NCBI GenBank assembly: GCA_963744145.1
Contig: CAVUSO010000001.1
Span: 1,152,001 to 1,216,000, forward strand
From: an uncultured cyanobacterium
GTDB lineage: Bacteria > Cyanobacteriota > Cyanobacteriia > Cyanobacteriales > CAWUOF01
Reading direction: 5' to 3'
DNA: 64,000 nt
A program made the translations under genes and the position numbers. Below are positions 11,640 through 22,310 of this stretch, piece by piece (the first letter of the stretch is position 1; the number at the start of each line of letters is the position of its first letter). The notes below the pieces were generated by a model. It saw only the letters and a list, made by a program, of their open reading frames with translations. It was not told the origin of the DNA and made no database searches.

Positions 11640-11685
11640 CTCATGTGCATGATTTCTAGTGAGTTTTTATCAGGAGAGCAGAATT

Positions 11686-12534
11686 ATGACAAGCAAAGCA
11701 TCAGATTTTTTAATCCTTGGCACGATCATATTGGGTGGAACACTGGCTACTTCCCAGCCAGCTTGGTCAGCATCTTTAACTTGGGATAACTGGGCTAATG
11801 CAGGTTTCGCCAGTGGGGCTAATGCCCTCGCTGCTCCGCAATCACTTGCGGTTGGTAGTGGTAACGTGCAGGTGGGCTTCAATGTTGGTGCAGGGACAAC
11901 GATGGCTGCCTTTAATGGGGGACTGACTCCGCAGATCGATAATGTACTCAACGGTTCTCAAGCTGACACAGATGCCCAAGGTAACCCGATCAATCGTAGT
12001 CTACACTTGCAAATGGACACAAATGCTGGTCAGTACGGCAATAATAACAACGTTAGTATGAATGTGGGCTTCAATGGCTATGGTGGTTCGGTCAGCAATG
12101 TTGCTTTCGAGCTATACGACATCGACATGGATACTGTAACTAATTCATGGCAAGATCTTGTGCAAGTCATCGGCTATAACAATGGGAAAGTAGTTAATCC
12201 GATTTACAGTAATCTAGGCTCAACTGTGGCCAATTTGGGCAACGGCTGGTTAAAAGGTATTGGGAGCAGTGACAATAGTAGTGATACAGGCAATGCCTTG
12301 GTCACATTTGCTGGGAATATCGATACCTTTAAACTAATTTTCACTGATGGCCCAAGTAATCAGGTCGATCCCGCATCTCATGGGATCGGCATAGGCAACA
12401 TCGATTTCAGCTACAATGAACCTAAAGCAGCCGTTCCCGAACCAATAAGTTTATGTGCCTTGGGCTTATTGCCGCTGGTTCAGATGCGGGTTCGCCGAAA
12501 CAAAGCAAAGAAGTGTAGTTCAGCACAAAACTAG
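11686..12534 (+). CDS. PEP-CTERM sorting-domain surface protein
   Basis: AGGAGA ribosome-binding site, signal peptide ending AWSA, C-terminal VPEP + hydrophobic stretch + RVRRNK. Confidence 0.85.
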   Translation: MTSKASDFLILGTIILGGTLATSQPAWSASLTWDNWANAGFASGANALAAPQSLAVGSGNVQVGFNVGAGTTMAAFNGGLTPQIDNVLNGSQADTDAQGNPINRSLHLQMDTNAGQYGNNNNVSMNVGFNGYGGSVSNVAFELYDIDMDTVTNSWQDLVQVIGYNNGKVVNPIYSNLGSTVANLGNGWLKGIGSSDNSSDTGNALVTFAGNIDTFKLIFTDGPSNQVDPASHGIGIGNIDFSYNEPKAAVPEPISLCALGLLPLVQMRVRRNKAKKCSSAQN

Positions 12535-12549
12535 ATATTGCTACTTTTT

Positions 12550-12641
12550 AGGGTTGCTTAACCAGGGTATGAAAATCCTGTAGGGGCGTATTGCAATACG
12601 CCCCTACAAATTATTTATTCATACCGTAAATCAGCAACGCC
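12550..12641. mobile_element. MITE with 10-bp target-site duplication, carrying an internal REP palindrome
   Basis: GCTACTTTTT at 12540-12549 and 12642-12651; 24-bp imperfect TIRs AGGGTTGC...GGTATGAA / TTCATACC...GCAACGCC; perfect palindrome TGTAGGGGCGTATTGCAATACGCCCCTACA at 12579-12608. Confidence 0.8.
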
Positions 12642-12655
12642 GCTACTTTTTACCC

Positions 12656-13102
12656 TTGAGTGATTATCTTCGGTATGCCGCTTGGTATGGCAGTAATGGT
12701 CAACTTACCAATGCCAATGCTACCACTTACTATCAAGATCAGCAAGATGGTGGTGATGTATTAGCTCACTTACATAAAGACTTTTCTCTTAACAATCCTC
12801 TGAATAACGTTCAATCTCAATACTATACAATGCTAGCATCAACCAAAGTTCATTTAGATGCAGGTCAGTTGTATAAGTTTACCACTCAATCTGATGATGG
12901 AGTAGGGTTTATTTTGAAGAATGAAGATACTGGAGAATGGATATTAACACCAGGGGGAACTGAAAAACAAGACTGGCGCGATCGCGGTGCCCATGATCCA
13001 GCAACAACGGATATTTTTGATGTCAAAAAATCTAGAAATTACGATCTGTTTGTCAAATATTACCAAAAAACAGGTGCTGCCGCGATCGAAGTCCAGTTGT
13101 AA
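12656..13102 (+). pseudogene. PA14-like domain fragment
   Basis: YKFTTQSDDG...DWRD...KYYQKTGAA PA14-type motifs; no convincing start or signal peptide; 3' end joins the toxin remnant. Confidence 0.55.
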
Positions 13103-13145
13103 TTGCTCGATGCACATTTTCATCCATGTAGAAAGTCAGACTCAT
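13053..13145 (-). pseudogene. Truncated DUF5615/PIN-like toxin
   Basis: MSLTFYMDENVHRAITTGLRSR then unrelated sequence and a stop; ATGA overlap with the DUF433 gene. Confidence 0.7.
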
Positions 13146-13483
13146 TTTATGATGCCTTGCGCCCGAAGTCTTTTAGAGATGGGAGATTCACCTGCTTCTT
13201 TACGTAAACGTTCTGCATACTCAAAACGTCGTTCCATATCCGCATCAGTTTCTGTTTTATGTTCCCAGTAATAAGATAAGGCAGAATGAATTTGACTCAT
13301 GCTTAAATGAGGATATTGAAAGTGTAGTTCTTCTGGGCTCCAACCGTAGGCGTAAACAGATGTAATTAATTCTACTACTTTTATCTTGCTACCAACTATA
13401 ATCGGTACATTGTTGGCATCTAGATGGACGTATTTATGATCGGTAGGTGTGAATTGTAAGGTTGTGAGTGTTATCTGAGTCAT
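13142..13483 (-). CDS. DUF433 family antitoxin
   Basis: PIIVGSKIKV...GWSPEELHFQYPHLSMSQIHSALSYYW. Confidence 0.85.
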   Translation of the reverse strand: MTQITLTTLQFTPTDHKYVHLDANNVPIIVGSKIKVVELITSVYAYGWSPEELHFQYPHLSMSQIHSALSYYWEHKTETDADMERRFEYAERLRKEAGESPISKRLRAQGIIK

Positions 13484-13541
13484 GGTGATTGTTTGCTTGG
13501 GTTGATAATTTTTTATTTTAAGCGATCGTTCATAACTGATT

Positions 13542-14111
13542 TCATCTAAAACTTAATAATCCAAATATATCTGCTACAGATAACTGCCAATCAGTCAATA
13601 CACCCAACACTGGCAAACAATCCTCTCCTCTCTTAACTGCTGGTAACTGATTGGGAGTAAGTACCATAATTAATCTTTCTTGAGGTTCAATAAACCAACC
13701 GAGTTTAGTACCATTTTCCACACAAAAAATAATTTTATCTAAGACAAGAGTAGAATTTTGTTCAGGAGACAGAATTTCGATTACCCAATCTGGTGTAATT
13801 TCAATCCGATTTTCAATTTCTCCATTAGTATCTAAAGGAATACGGGACCACTCAAAAACAGAAATATCTGGTACAATGGAACGTTCGCCAAAAGTCACTC
13901 GTAACTCAGTAAATGCAGAAGCTAATTGCTGAGGTTCCCCGACTTCGTTAATAATAGCAGAAAAACGAGTTTGAAGTCTGCTATGTTTTCCTTGTGGTAT
14001 AGGTCTATGATAAATTTTTCCCTCAATATACTCGCTAGCTGGTTTGGTTTCTGGTAACTCCAAAAACTCTTTTAGAGAAAGTTGAGTCGGTGACTGGATC
14101 GCAGATATCAT
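13542..14111 (-). CDS. Uma2/DUF820 family endonuclease
   Basis: LPETKPASEY...VPDISVF...PDWVIEILSP...LGWFIEP. Confidence 0.9.
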   Translation of the reverse strand: MISAIQSPTQLSLKEFLELPETKPASEYIEGKIYHRPIPQGKHSRLQTRFSAIINEVGEPQQLASAFTELRVTFGERSIVPDISVFEWSRIPLDTNGEIENRIEITPDWVIEILSPEQNSTLVLDKIIFCVENGTKLGWFIEPQERLIMVLTPNQLPAVKRGEDCLPVLGVLTDWQLSVADIFGLLSFR

Positions 14112-14159
14112 GATTATTTTCCATGGGGTGAGTTGATGTGGGAGGAGGAAAAATGCCAA

Positions 14160-14225
14160 TCGATCACCATATTATCTGTAGGGGCGTATCATCTGTAGGG
14201 GCGTATTGCAATACGCCCCTACCGG
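14160..14225. repeat. REP-like GTAG palindrome unit; right copy of the ~65-bp direct repeat
   Basis: Contains TGTAGGGGCGTATTGCAATACGCCCCTAC; matches 2791-2855. Confidence 0.75.
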
Positions 14226-14252
14226 GACAGAAAAAAAAATTTCCCAAACCCC

Positions 14253-14281
14253 TAGACAAGCATTTATAAATGATATATAGT
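14253..14281 (+). promoter_or_regulatory. Putative sigma70-type promoter of the ribosomal protein operon
   Basis: TAGACA, 17-nt spacer, TATAGT, about 350 nt upstream of rplC. Confidence 0.6.
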
Positions 14282-14635
14282 ATTAAATTGTCGCCAAATT
14301 CAGTCCAGCATCCACTTGACTGAGTAAGAATGTTTGATGCAGTCGTGATTAATTTCAACTTCTGAGTCGCACCTAAAGGTAACACCCCGGATACTGAGCA
14401 TAAGAAAGCTTAAGTCCGAGCGACCACAAAATCAACCAGGGCAAACTTGCTGGGTTGAAATCAGCTTCCTGAAGCTAATTAAAAACCTTTATGAGGTAAG
14501 TGAGAGGTTTAGCCCCTCCAAACTGAGGAGCTAGAACTTGCTTGTCTGAATCAAGGAACATTTGTCAAATTGGAGCAAAAGGATTGGGATAACTCCTCAT
14601 CCAGCTCCACTGTAGTCTGTAAAAAGGAGAGACCG

Positions 14636-15259
14636 GTGTCTGTCGGTATCCTGGGAACTAAACTAGGCATGACCCAAGTATTTGACGAAGAAGGGAGAGC
14701 CATCCCCGTCACCGTCATCCAAGCAGGTCCATGTACTGTTACACAAATTAAGACCAAAGAAACGGATGGCTATACTGCTCTCCAGGTCGGTTACGGGGAA
14801 GTCAAGCCCAAAGCTCTGAATAAACCAAAACTAGGACACCTGGAAAAATCCGGAGCAACACCCCTACGTCATCTACATGAATATCGTTTAGATGCTGTAA
14901 CTGATTATCAACTTGGTCAGCAGATTAAAGCCGATATCTTTAGTGCAGGTCAAATCGTTAATGCGACTGGCACCAGTATTGGTAAAGGTTTCGCTGGCTA
15001 TCAAAAACGCCATAACTTTGCTCGCGGTCCGATGTCCCACGGTTCTAAAAACCACCGTTTACCTGGATCGATCGGGGCTGGTACTACCCCAGGACGTGTT
15101 TATCCTGGTAAACGCATGGCTGGGAGATTAGGTGGAAAACGAATCACCATTCGCAAGTTAACCGTCATCCGCGTAGACCCAGAACGCAACTTATTGTTGA
15201 TTAAAGGGGCTGTACCCGGTAAACCTGGGGCGCTACTAAATATCATGCCGAGTAAATAA
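14636..15259 (+). CDS. rplC: 50S ribosomal protein L3
   Basis: [11 protein letters not shown]...GKGFAG...GKRMAG; GTG start after AGGAGA. Confidence 0.97.
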   Translation: MSVGILGTKLGMTQVFDEEGRAIPVTVIQAGPCTVTQIKTKETDGYTALQVGYGEVKPKALNKPKLGHLEKSGATPLRHLHEYRLDAVTDYQLGQQIKADIFSAGQIVNATGTSIGKGFAGYQKRHNFARGPMSHGSKNHRLPGSIGAGTTPGRVYPGKRMAGRLGGKRITIRKLTVIRVDPERNLLLIKGAVPGKPGALLNIMPSK

Positions 15260-15354
15260 ATGGAGTGGTTAAGAGTTCATCGTTAAGTGGTCGATAATTC
15301 AACATCAGATGAATGACTCACCACAACAATGAACCATGAACAAAGGACAGCACT

Positions 15355-15987
15355 ATGGTTAACTGTGTCGTTAAAAACTGGCAAGGGGAACAAGTCGCAG
15401 AAGCGACTTTAGAGTTGCGAGTAGCGAAAGAAGAAAACGCGGCTCATATCGTCCACCGGGCCCTAGTTCGCCAACTACATAATGCACGTCAAGGAACAGC
15501 CTGCACCAAAACTCGTTCCGAAGTTAGAGGTGGTGGACGTAAACCTTGGCGACAAAAAGGAACCGGTCGAGCTAGAGCTGGATCAATTCGTTCTCCGCTG
15601 TGGCGTGGTGGTGGGGTGATATTTGGCCCGAAACCCCGGGAATTTGAGCTGAAAATGAATCGCAAAGAAAGAAGGTTAGCCTTTAGAACTGCCTTTCAAA
15701 GTCGGGCTGAAGAATTGATTGTGGTTGAAGATTTTGCCGATAAATTGCCTCGACCAAAAACGAAAGAATTAGCATCAGCGATCGCCCGTTGGGGTGTAAA
15801 ACCAGAAACAAAAGTATTGTTAATTCTGGCCGAAAAAACTGAAATGGTATATCTTTCAGGTCGCAATATCGCTAATTTAAAAATTCTACCGGCTAACAAT
15901 CTCAATGTCTTTGATGTCTTAGCCGCCGATCATATCGTCACAACCACAGAGGCACTTGCCAAAATTCAGGAGGTTTACGGTGACTGA
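15355..15987 (+). CDS. rplD: 50S ribosomal protein L4
   Basis: [20 protein letters not shown]. Confidence 0.98.
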   Translation: MVNCVVKNWQGEQVAEATLELRVAKEENAAHIVHRALVRQLHNARQGTACTKTRSEVRGGGRKPWRQKGTGRARAGSIRSPLWRGGGVIFGPKPREFELKMNRKERRLAFRTAFQSRAEELIVVEDFADKLPRPKTKELASAIARWGVKPETKVLLILAEKTEMVYLSGRNIANLKILPANNLNVFDVLAADHIVTTTEALAKIQEVYGD

Positions 15988-16288
15988 ATATAATCTCCGC
16001 GATTTGATCGATATGATTCAACGCCCTCTCATCACCGAGAAAGCGACCAGGCTGATGGAGCAAAATAAATTCTTATTTGAAGTAGCTCATCATGCCACTA
16101 AACCAGAAATTAAAGCCGCGATCGAAGAACTTTTCAAAGTCAAAGTATTGAGTGTCAATACCCTCAATCTACCTCGCAAAAAACGGCGAGTTGGCAAATT
16201 TGCTGGATTTAAAACGAGATATAAAAGAGCGATCGTCACTTTAACTGAAGGAGATACACTGCGCGGGATTCTGTTCCCAGAAGTGTAG
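15980..16288 (+). CDS. rplW: 50S ribosomal protein L23
   Basis: PLITEK...KPEIKAAIE...[11 protein letters not shown] start after AGGAGG. Confidence 0.95.
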   Translation: MTEYNLRDLIDMIQRPLITEKATRLMEQNKFLFEVAHHATKPEIKAAIEELFKVKVLSVNTLNLPRKKRRVGKFAGFKTRYKRAIVTLTEGDTLRGILFPEV

Positions 16289-16372
16289 AGTTCTCCCTAA
16301 CTTGAGAATTAATCGATCTCAAATCTCCAATTCGATCGCTAATCATTTTGACCCGAAAAACACGAATAAATT

Positions 16373-17236
16373 ATGGGCATTCGTTCTTACAAACCTTATA
16401 CATCCAGCACCCGTCAACGGAGCGTCTCAGACTTTGCTGAGATTACGCGGGATGAACCAGAAAAATCCCTGACGCGATCGGAACATCGTCCCAAAGGTAG
16501 AAACAATCGCGGGGTCATTACCTGTCGGCACCGAGGTGGTGGACACAAACGACTCTATCGGATCATTGACTTTCACCGCAACAAACACAACATCCCAGCT
16601 AAAGTCGTTTCGGTCGAATATGACCCCAACCGGAATGCTCGGATTGCCCTACTTCATTACCAAGATGGGGAAAAACGCTATATTCTCCATCCTCTGGGAT
16701 TAAAAGTTGGCACCCAAATCATCTCCGGACCAGAATCACCGATCGAAATTGGTAACGCTCTACCCTTAAGCAAAATCCCCTTGGGTACAGGAATTCATAA
16801 TATTGAACTGACCCCAGGACGTGGTGGACAAATTGTGCGGGCTGCTGGTGCTACCGCCCAAGTTGTGGCCAAAGAAGGAAACTACGTTACCATTAAACTT
16901 CCATCTGGAGAAGTGCGGATGGTACGTCGCGAATGCTACGGCACCATCGGGCAAGTAGGCAACCTAGACGCGAGAAACATCAGCGTTGGTAAAGCTGGAC
17001 GCACTCGCTGGAAAGGACGTCGTCCTCAAGTTAGAGGTAGCGTCATGAACCCAGTCGATCACCCTCATGGTGGTGGAGAAGGTAGAGCGCCGATCGGCAG
17101 AAGTGGCCCAGTTACACCTTGGGGTAAACCAGCCTTGGGTTACAAGACTCGCAACCGGAAAAAATTGAGCAGTTCATTGATTGTGCGTCGTCGTCGCAAA
17201 GCATCCAAACGTGGACGTGGCGGTCGGGAAAGCTAA
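16373..17236 (+). CDS. rplB: 50S ribosomal protein L2
   Basis: [17 protein letters not shown]. Confidence 0.99.
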   Translation: MGIRSYKPYTSSTRQRSVSDFAEITRDEPEKSLTRSEHRPKGRNNRGVITCRHRGGGHKRLYRIIDFHRNKHNIPAKVVSVEYDPNRNARIALLHYQDGEKRYILHPLGLKVGTQIISGPESPIEIGNALPLSKIPLGTGIHNIELTPGRGGQIVRAAGATAQVVAKEGNYVTIKLPSGEVRMVRRECYGTIGQVGNLDARNISVGKAGRTRWKGRRPQVRGSVMNPVDHPHGGGEGRAPIGRSGPVTPWGKPALGYKTRNRKKLSSSLIVRRRRKASKRGRGGRES

Positions 17237-17325
17237 GGCTAATTAACAAATGAAAATTGAAAATTAATAATTTTCGGTTTTCTCTGATCAATTTTCCATT
17301 ATCAATTTTCCATTACGGTAAAAAC

Positions 17326-17607
17326 ATGGGTCGTTCTCTCAAAAAAGGTCCTTTTGTCGCCGATCATCTGCTGAGTAAAATCGAAGCTTTAAATGCCAAA
17401 GGTGAAAAGCAGGTAATTAAAACTTGGTCAAGGTCATCAACTGTATTGCCCTTGATGGTAGGGTTTACCATCGCTGTCCATAATGGACGGCAACATGTAC
17501 CAGTTTACGTCACAGATCAAATGGTCGGACATAAATTAGGCGAATTTGCACCAACTCGTACCTTTCGGGGACACGCTAAAGGTGATAAAAAAGTCGCTCG
17601 TCGATAG
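17326..17607 (+). CDS. rpsS: 30S ribosomal protein S19
   Basis: [11 protein letters not shown]...[11 protein letters not shown]. Confidence 0.98.
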   Translation: MGRSLKKGPFVADHLLSKIEALNAKGEKQVIKTWSRSSTVLPLMVGFTIAVHNGRQHVPVYVTDQMVGHKLGEFAPTRTFRGHAKGDKKVARR

Positions 17608-17671
17608 GCTAAAAGTTCAGAATTCATCATTCAATAGGAACTTTTGAACTTTTGAACCAGAGGAGAAATAT

Positions 17672-18028
17672 ATGGCTATTGATACTACTCAAGAAGTAAA
17701 AGCGATCGCAAGATTTATCAGGATGTCTCCCCACAAAGTCCGTCGAGTTCTCGATCAAATTCGCGGACGTTCCTATCGAGAAGCATTGATCATATTAAGG
17801 TTTATGCCCTATCGAGCTTGTGAACCAGTTCTCAAATTAGTTCGTTCCGCCGCAGCCAACGCTGAACATAACGCCGGAATCAACCCAGCAGACCTGATCA
17901 TCAGCCAAGCTTTTGCCGATCAAGGCCCGATTCTGAAACGGTTTAGACCTCGCGCTCAAGGTCGAGCCTATCAGATTCGCCGACCCAGTTGCCATATTAC
18001 GGTGGCAGTAGCAGCGATCGAAGACTAA
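17672..18028 (+). CDS. rplV: 50S ribosomal protein L22
   Basis: [10 protein letters not shown]...RPRAQGRA. Confidence 0.98.
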   Translation: MAIDTTQEVKAIARFIRMSPHKVRRVLDQIRGRSYREALIILRFMPYRACEPVLKLVRSAAANAEHNAGINPADLIISQAFADQGPILKRFRPRAQGRAYQIRRPSCHITVAVAAIED

Positions 18029-18059
18029 AGAATTCTTAATTCCATTAAAGGCAGGATTT

Positions 18060-18791
18060 GTGGGACAGAAAATACATCCAGTCGGGTTCCGCCTCGGTAT
18101 CACCCAAGAACATCGTTCTCGCTGGTTTGCCGATGAGCGTCGTTACCCTGAACTACTCCAAGAAGACTTCAAAATTCGCCAATACATTCAAAAAAACCTG
18201 AATAATGCGGGCATATCCCAAGTCAGGATTGAACGCAAAGCAGATCAAATTGAATTAGAAGTACATACCGCCCGTCCCGGTGTAGTCGTTGGTCGTGGTG
18301 GAACTGGGATTGAATCCTTAAGAACTGGCTTACAGGAAATGCTCGGTGGTAGTAACCGCCAAATCCGCATCAATGTAGTGGAAGTAGCCAGAGTTGATGC
18401 CGATGCTGCTTTAATTGCTGAATACATTGCCCAACAATTAGAGCGACGGGTATCCTTCCGCCGAGTTGTCCGTCAAGCGATCCAACGCGCTCAACGAGCT
18501 GGCATCGAAGGAATCAAAGTCCAAGTCAGTGGTAGACTCAACGGGGCAGAAATCGCCCGGACAGAATGGACTCGCGAAGGTCGAGTACCGCTCCATACCT
18601 TACGCGCAGATATTGACTACTCTTACTGCACCGCAAAAACCATCTACGGAATTCTAGGTGTGAAAGTCTGGGTGTTCAAAGGTGAAATTATTCCTGGTCA
18701 AGAAGAAGCCCCTCCTCCAGGAGCAGCTCAACCCCGTCGTCGTCAACAACGTCGTCGTCAGCAATTTGAAGACCGTTCTAATGAAGGATAA
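18060..18791 (+). CDS. rpsC: 30S ribosomal protein S3
   Basis: [12 protein letters not shown]...[13 protein letters not shown]. Confidence 0.98.
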   Translation: MGQKIHPVGFRLGITQEHRSRWFADERRYPELLQEDFKIRQYIQKNLNNAGISQVRIERKADQIELEVHTARPGVVVGRGGTGIESLRTGLQEMLGGSNRQIRINVVEVARVDADAALIAEYIAQQLERRVSFRRVVRQAIQRAQRAGIEGIKVQVSGRLNGAEIARTEWTREGRVPLHTLRADIDYSYCTAKTIYGILGVKVWVFKGEIIPGQEEAPPPGAAQPRRRQQRRRQQFEDRSNEG

Positions 18792-18800
18792 GGACAAAAA

Positions 18801-19220
18801 ATGTTAAGTCCCAGAAGAACAAAATTCCGCAAACAACAACGCGGACGGATGTGCGGTCAGGCAACTACTGGCAATGACCTTAACTTTGGGGAATTTGCAC
18901 TTCAAGCTCTAGAACCAGCTTGGATTACCGCCAGACAAATCGAAGCCAGTCGGCGAGCTATGACCCGTTATATTCGTCGGGGTGGCAAAATCTGGATTCG
19001 CATCTTCCCAGATAAACCAGTAACCATGCGTCCCGCTGAAACCCGGATGGGATCTGGTAAAGGTTCACCCGAATATTGGGTAGCAGTGGTCAAACCAGGA
19101 CGAGTTCTGTTTGAAATCGCTGGAGTTCCCGAAGCAACTGCTCGCGAAGCTATGCGTTTAGCTGCTTACAAATTGCCAATCAAAACCAAGTTCATCATGC
19201 GTCAAACTGAACAATCATAA
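18801..19220 (+). CDS. rplP: 50S ribosomal protein L16
   Basis: [11 protein letters not shown]...ETRMGSGKG. Confidence 0.98.
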   Translation: MLSPRRTKFRKQQRGRMCGQATTGNDLNFGEFALQALEPAWITARQIEASRRAMTRYIRRGGKIWIRIFPDKPVTMRPAETRMGSGKGSPEYWVAVVKPGRVLFEIAGVPEATAREAMRLAAYKLPIKTKFIMRQTEQS

Positions 19221-19277
19221 ACGCATTCATGATTCAGACCTGGGATTGACTTATCGATTCACGCATCCAAAACTGTT

Positions 19278-19532
19278 ATGCCTCTTTCCAAGATCAAAGA
19301 TGCCAGAAACTTAACCGATGAGGAACTGGCTGCACAAATTCTCGCCGCTAAAAGGCAATTATTCGACTTACGAATGCGTCAAAGCACTCGTCAATTAGAA
19401 AAAACTCACGAGTTCAAACATACTCGGCATCGGCTGGCTCAATTAATGACTGTTGAAGGGGAAAGAAAAATTGCGGCTGGGAAAAATCCCCCAGCAACTG
19501 CCCAACCAGAAACAAGTACAAACAAGGAGTAG
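19278..19532 (+). CDS. rpmC: 50S ribosomal protein L29
   Basis: Operon position and LFDLR...RHRLAQLMT. Confidence 0.95.
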   Translation: MPLSKIKDARNLTDEELAAQILAAKRQLFDLRMRQSTRQLEKTHEFKHTRHRLAQLMTVEGERKIAAGKNPPATAQPETSTNKE

Positions 19533-19538
19533 GTTTTT

Positions 19539-19823
19539 ATGGCAGTTAAAGAAAGAGTTGGCTTAGTTGTCAGCGACAAAATGAATAAAACTGTGGTGGT
19601 GGCAGTAGAAAATCGCTCTCCCCATCCCAAATACGGCAAAATTGTGGTTCGGACTAAGAGATATAAAGCTCACGACGAAGAAAATCAGTGCAAAACAGGC
19701 GATCGCGTTCGCATTCAAGAAACTAGACCCCTGAGTCGCACTAAACGCTGGATCGTAGCTGAAATTCTAAGCGGTAAACAACCAGTTACCATTGCCCCTA
19801 GCACCGCAAGTGCCCCCAGCTAA
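19539..19823 (+). CDS. rpsQ: 30S ribosomal protein S17
   Basis: VVSDKMNKT...HPKYGK...RPLSRTKRW. Confidence 0.98.
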   Translation: MAVKERVGLVVSDKMNKTVVVAVENRSPHPKYGKIVVRTKRYKAHDEENQCKTGDRVRIQETRPLSRTKRWIVAEILSGKQPVTIAPSTASAPS

Positions 19824-19861
19824 AACCCTAATTGCACGTTTCCACAAACAGGAGACCCAAG

Positions 19862-20230
19862 GTGATCCAACAACAAACCTACTTAAATGTCGCTGATAAT
19901 AGCGGTGCCCGCAAATTAATGTGCATTCGGGTTCTTGGTGCAGGTAATAGTCGCTACGGTGGGATTGGCGATGTGATTATTGCTGTAGTAAAAGATGCTA
20001 TTCCCAATATGGCTGTCAAAAAATCCGATGTAGTGCGAGCTGTGATTGTGCGTACTCGCAAATCCTTACGTCGGGATAGTGGGATGAGTATTCGTTTCGA
20101 CGATAACGCTGCTGTCATTATTAACCAAGATGGTAATCCTCGCGGTACTCGGGTCTTTGGTCCAGTCGCTCGAGAATTGCGAGATAAAAACTTTACCAAA
20201 ATAGTTTCTTTAGCACCGGAGGTACTCTAA
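19862..20230 (+). CDS. rplN: 50S ribosomal protein L14
   Basis: VADNSGA...RFDDNAAV...SLAPEVL; GTG start after AGGAGA. Confidence 0.98.
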   Translation: MIQQQTYLNVADNSGARKLMCIRVLGAGNSRYGGIGDVIIAVVKDAIPNMAVKKSDVVRAVIVRTRKSLRRDSGMSIRFDDNAAVIINQDGNPRGTRVFGPVARELRDKNFTKIVSLAPEVL

Positions 20231-20601
20231 TGCCTGGTAAAAGAAAGAATGTTACAGCTACTGAACGCACAGGTAGATTAGCTTACAAAATGCACGTCAA
20301 AAAAGACGATACTGTGCAGGTAATTTCTGGTAAAGATAAAGGCAAAGTTAGTAAAGTATTACGGGCTTTTCCCCAACTCAGTAAAATTATCGTCGAAGGG
20401 GTAAATATTCAAACTAAACATATTAAACCCCAACAAGAAGGTGAGTCTGGTCAACGGGTGACTAGAGAAGCTCCCATTCACAGCTCTAATGTCATGCTTT
20501 ATTCCGTCAAACAAAAGGTAGCTAGCCGTGTTTGCTATACCTATAAAGAAGATGGTCGTAAAGTACGGATGCTGAAGAAAACAGGGGAAATAATTGATTA
20601 A
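20230..20601 (+). CDS. rplX: 50S ribosomal protein L24
   Basis: KOW motif VISGKDKGK and EAPIHSSNV. Confidence 0.97.
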   Translation: MPGKRKNVTATERTGRLAYKMHVKKDDTVQVISGKDKGKVSKVLRAFPQLSKIIVEGVNIQTKHIKPQQEGESGQRVTREAPIHSSNVMLYSVKQKVASRVCYTYKEDGRKVRMLKKTGEIID

Positions 20602-20690
20602 TGATTGCAGGTTTTCCTCAATTTCTATCTAGTTGTTTAATTTCTGATCTACCTGTTCCTGACCAAGCCCAGGAACGTTAAGGACACATT

Positions 20691-21236
20691 ATGCCAGAAC
20701 CACTCAAAAGCTATTACCAAACTAAAATTGTGCCGAAATTGATGGATCAGTTCAGTTATACGAACATCCATCAAGTGCCTAAAGTAGCGAAAGTAACGAT
20801 CAATCGGGGTTTAGGAGAAGCAGCAAGTAATGCGAAAGCTCTAGAAGCATCCCTGAAAGAAATTGCCACGATCGCAGGTCAAAAACCAGTCGTTACTCGC
20901 GCTAAAAAAGCGATCGCTGGTTTTAAAATTCGGCAAGGAATGCCGGTGGGTATTATGGTGACACTTCGCTCAGACCGGATGTATTCCTTTCTAGAGCGAT
21001 TCATTCATCTGGCTCTCCCCAGAATTCGTGACTTTCGCGGCTTAAGTCCAAAAAGCTTTGATGGACGCGGTAATTACAGCGTCGGGATTAGAGAGCAACT
21101 AATTTTTCCAGAAATCGAATACGACAGTATCGATCAAATTCGCGGCATGGATATATCTATTATCACCACAGCTAACAGTGATGAAGAGGGCCGTGCTTTG
21201 CTAAAAGAAATGGGTATGCCCTTTCGGGATAACTGA
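20691..21236 (+). CDS. rplE: 50S ribosomal protein L5
   Basis: LPRIRDFRG...FDGRGNY...QLIFPEI. Confidence 0.98.
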   Translation: MPEPLKSYYQTKIVPKLMDQFSYTNIHQVPKVAKVTINRGLGEAASNAKALEASLKEIATIAGQKPVVTRAKKAIAGFKIRQGMPVGIMVTLRSDRMYSFLERFIHLALPRIRDFRGLSPKSFDGRGNYSVGIREQLIFPEIEYDSIDQIRGMDISIITTANSDEEGRALLKEMGMPFRDN

Positions 21237-21259
21237 GACTTGATCAAAAAGGGGAAACG

Positions 21260-21661
21260 ATGGCGGCTAACGACACAATAGCAGATATGCTAACCCGCAT
21301 CCGCAATGCGTGCCTAGCAAGGCATCAAAGTACGGAAGTACCAGCAACGAGGCTGACTCGCAGTCTAGCTCAAGTGCTGAGGGATGAAGGCTTTATCGCT
21401 GAATTTGCAGAAGATGGTGAAGGTGTGAAAAAACACCTAGTGATTTCTCTGAAATATAAGGGAAAAAATCGCCAACCAATTATCACGGCTTTGAAACGAG
21501 TTAGTAAACCTGGATTACGGGTTTATTCTAACCGCAGAGAATTACCACGGGTGTTGGGCGGAATCGGGATTGCCATTATCTCCACCTCGTCAGGAATTAT
21601 GACAGACCGACAAGCTCGACGCCAAGGATTAGGTGGGGAAGTGCTTTGCTACGTCTGGTAG
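21260..21661 (+). CDS. rpsH: 30S ribosomal protein S8
   Basis: [13 protein letters not shown]...SKPGLRVY...GGEVLCYVW. Confidence 0.98.
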   Translation: MAANDTIADMLTRIRNACLARHQSTEVPATRLTRSLAQVLRDEGFIAEFAEDGEGVKKHLVISLKYKGKNRQPIITALKRVSKPGLRVYSNRRELPRVLGGIGIAIISTSSGIMTDRQARRQGLGGEVLCYVW

Positions 21662-21767
21662 TTAGTAATTTATCCGGTTGATTAAATCTGTCTCTTTTAG
21701 TCAGAAGTTTTTCAACCATCAACAATGAATTATTAACAAATTCGTAATTAACTTGTTTAGGAGAGCT

Positions 21768-22307
21768 ATGTCTCGGATTGGCAAGCGCCCTATTACTATT
21801 CCCAACCAAGTGACCATTTCCATTGAAGGTCAACAAGTTGCAGTTAAAGGGCCAAAAGGTGAACTTTCGCGCATTCTGCCCGCAGAAGTATTAGTGGCGC
21901 AAGAAAATAGTGTTTTGGTAGTTAAGCGTCGGGATGAATCCCGGGTCGCACGTCAACGTCATGGATTGAGCCGGACTCTGGTCGCTAACATGGTTGATGG
22001 TGTCTCCCAAGGGTTTCAGAAACGTCTGGAAATCCAGGGGGTGGGCTATCGGGCTCAAGTTCAAGGTCGCAATTTGATTTTAAACGTGGGTTACAGTAAA
22101 CCCGTGGAAATTGTCCCGATCGATGGCATCCAAATCGCTGTAGAAAACAATACTAATGTGATTGTCTCTGGCATAGATAAAGAATTAGTCGGTAATACGG
22201 CGGCCCAAATCCGGGCGGTGCGTCCACCGGAAGTTTATAAGGGTAAAGGGATTCGCTATGCGGGTGAAGTGGTCAGACGCAAAGCTGGTAAGACAGGGAA
22301 GAAATAG
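21768..22307 (+). CDS. rplF: 50S ribosomal protein L6
   Basis: MSRIGKRPI...[12 protein letters not shown]. Confidence 0.98.
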   Translation: MSRIGKRPITIPNQVTISIEGQQVAVKGPKGELSRILPAEVLVAQENSVLVVKRRDESRVARQRHGLSRTLVANMVDGVSQGFQKRLEIQGVGYRAQVQGRNLILNVGYSKPVEIVPIDGIQIAVENNTNVIVSGIDKELVGNTAAQIRAVRPPEVYKGKGIRYAGEVVRRKAGKTGKK

Positions 22308-22310
22308 GAT

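Noticed and set aside
17250..17660. Short tandem and inverted AT-rich repeats in the rplB-rpsS-rplV spacers
   Set aside because: Ordinary cyanobacterial short tandem repeats
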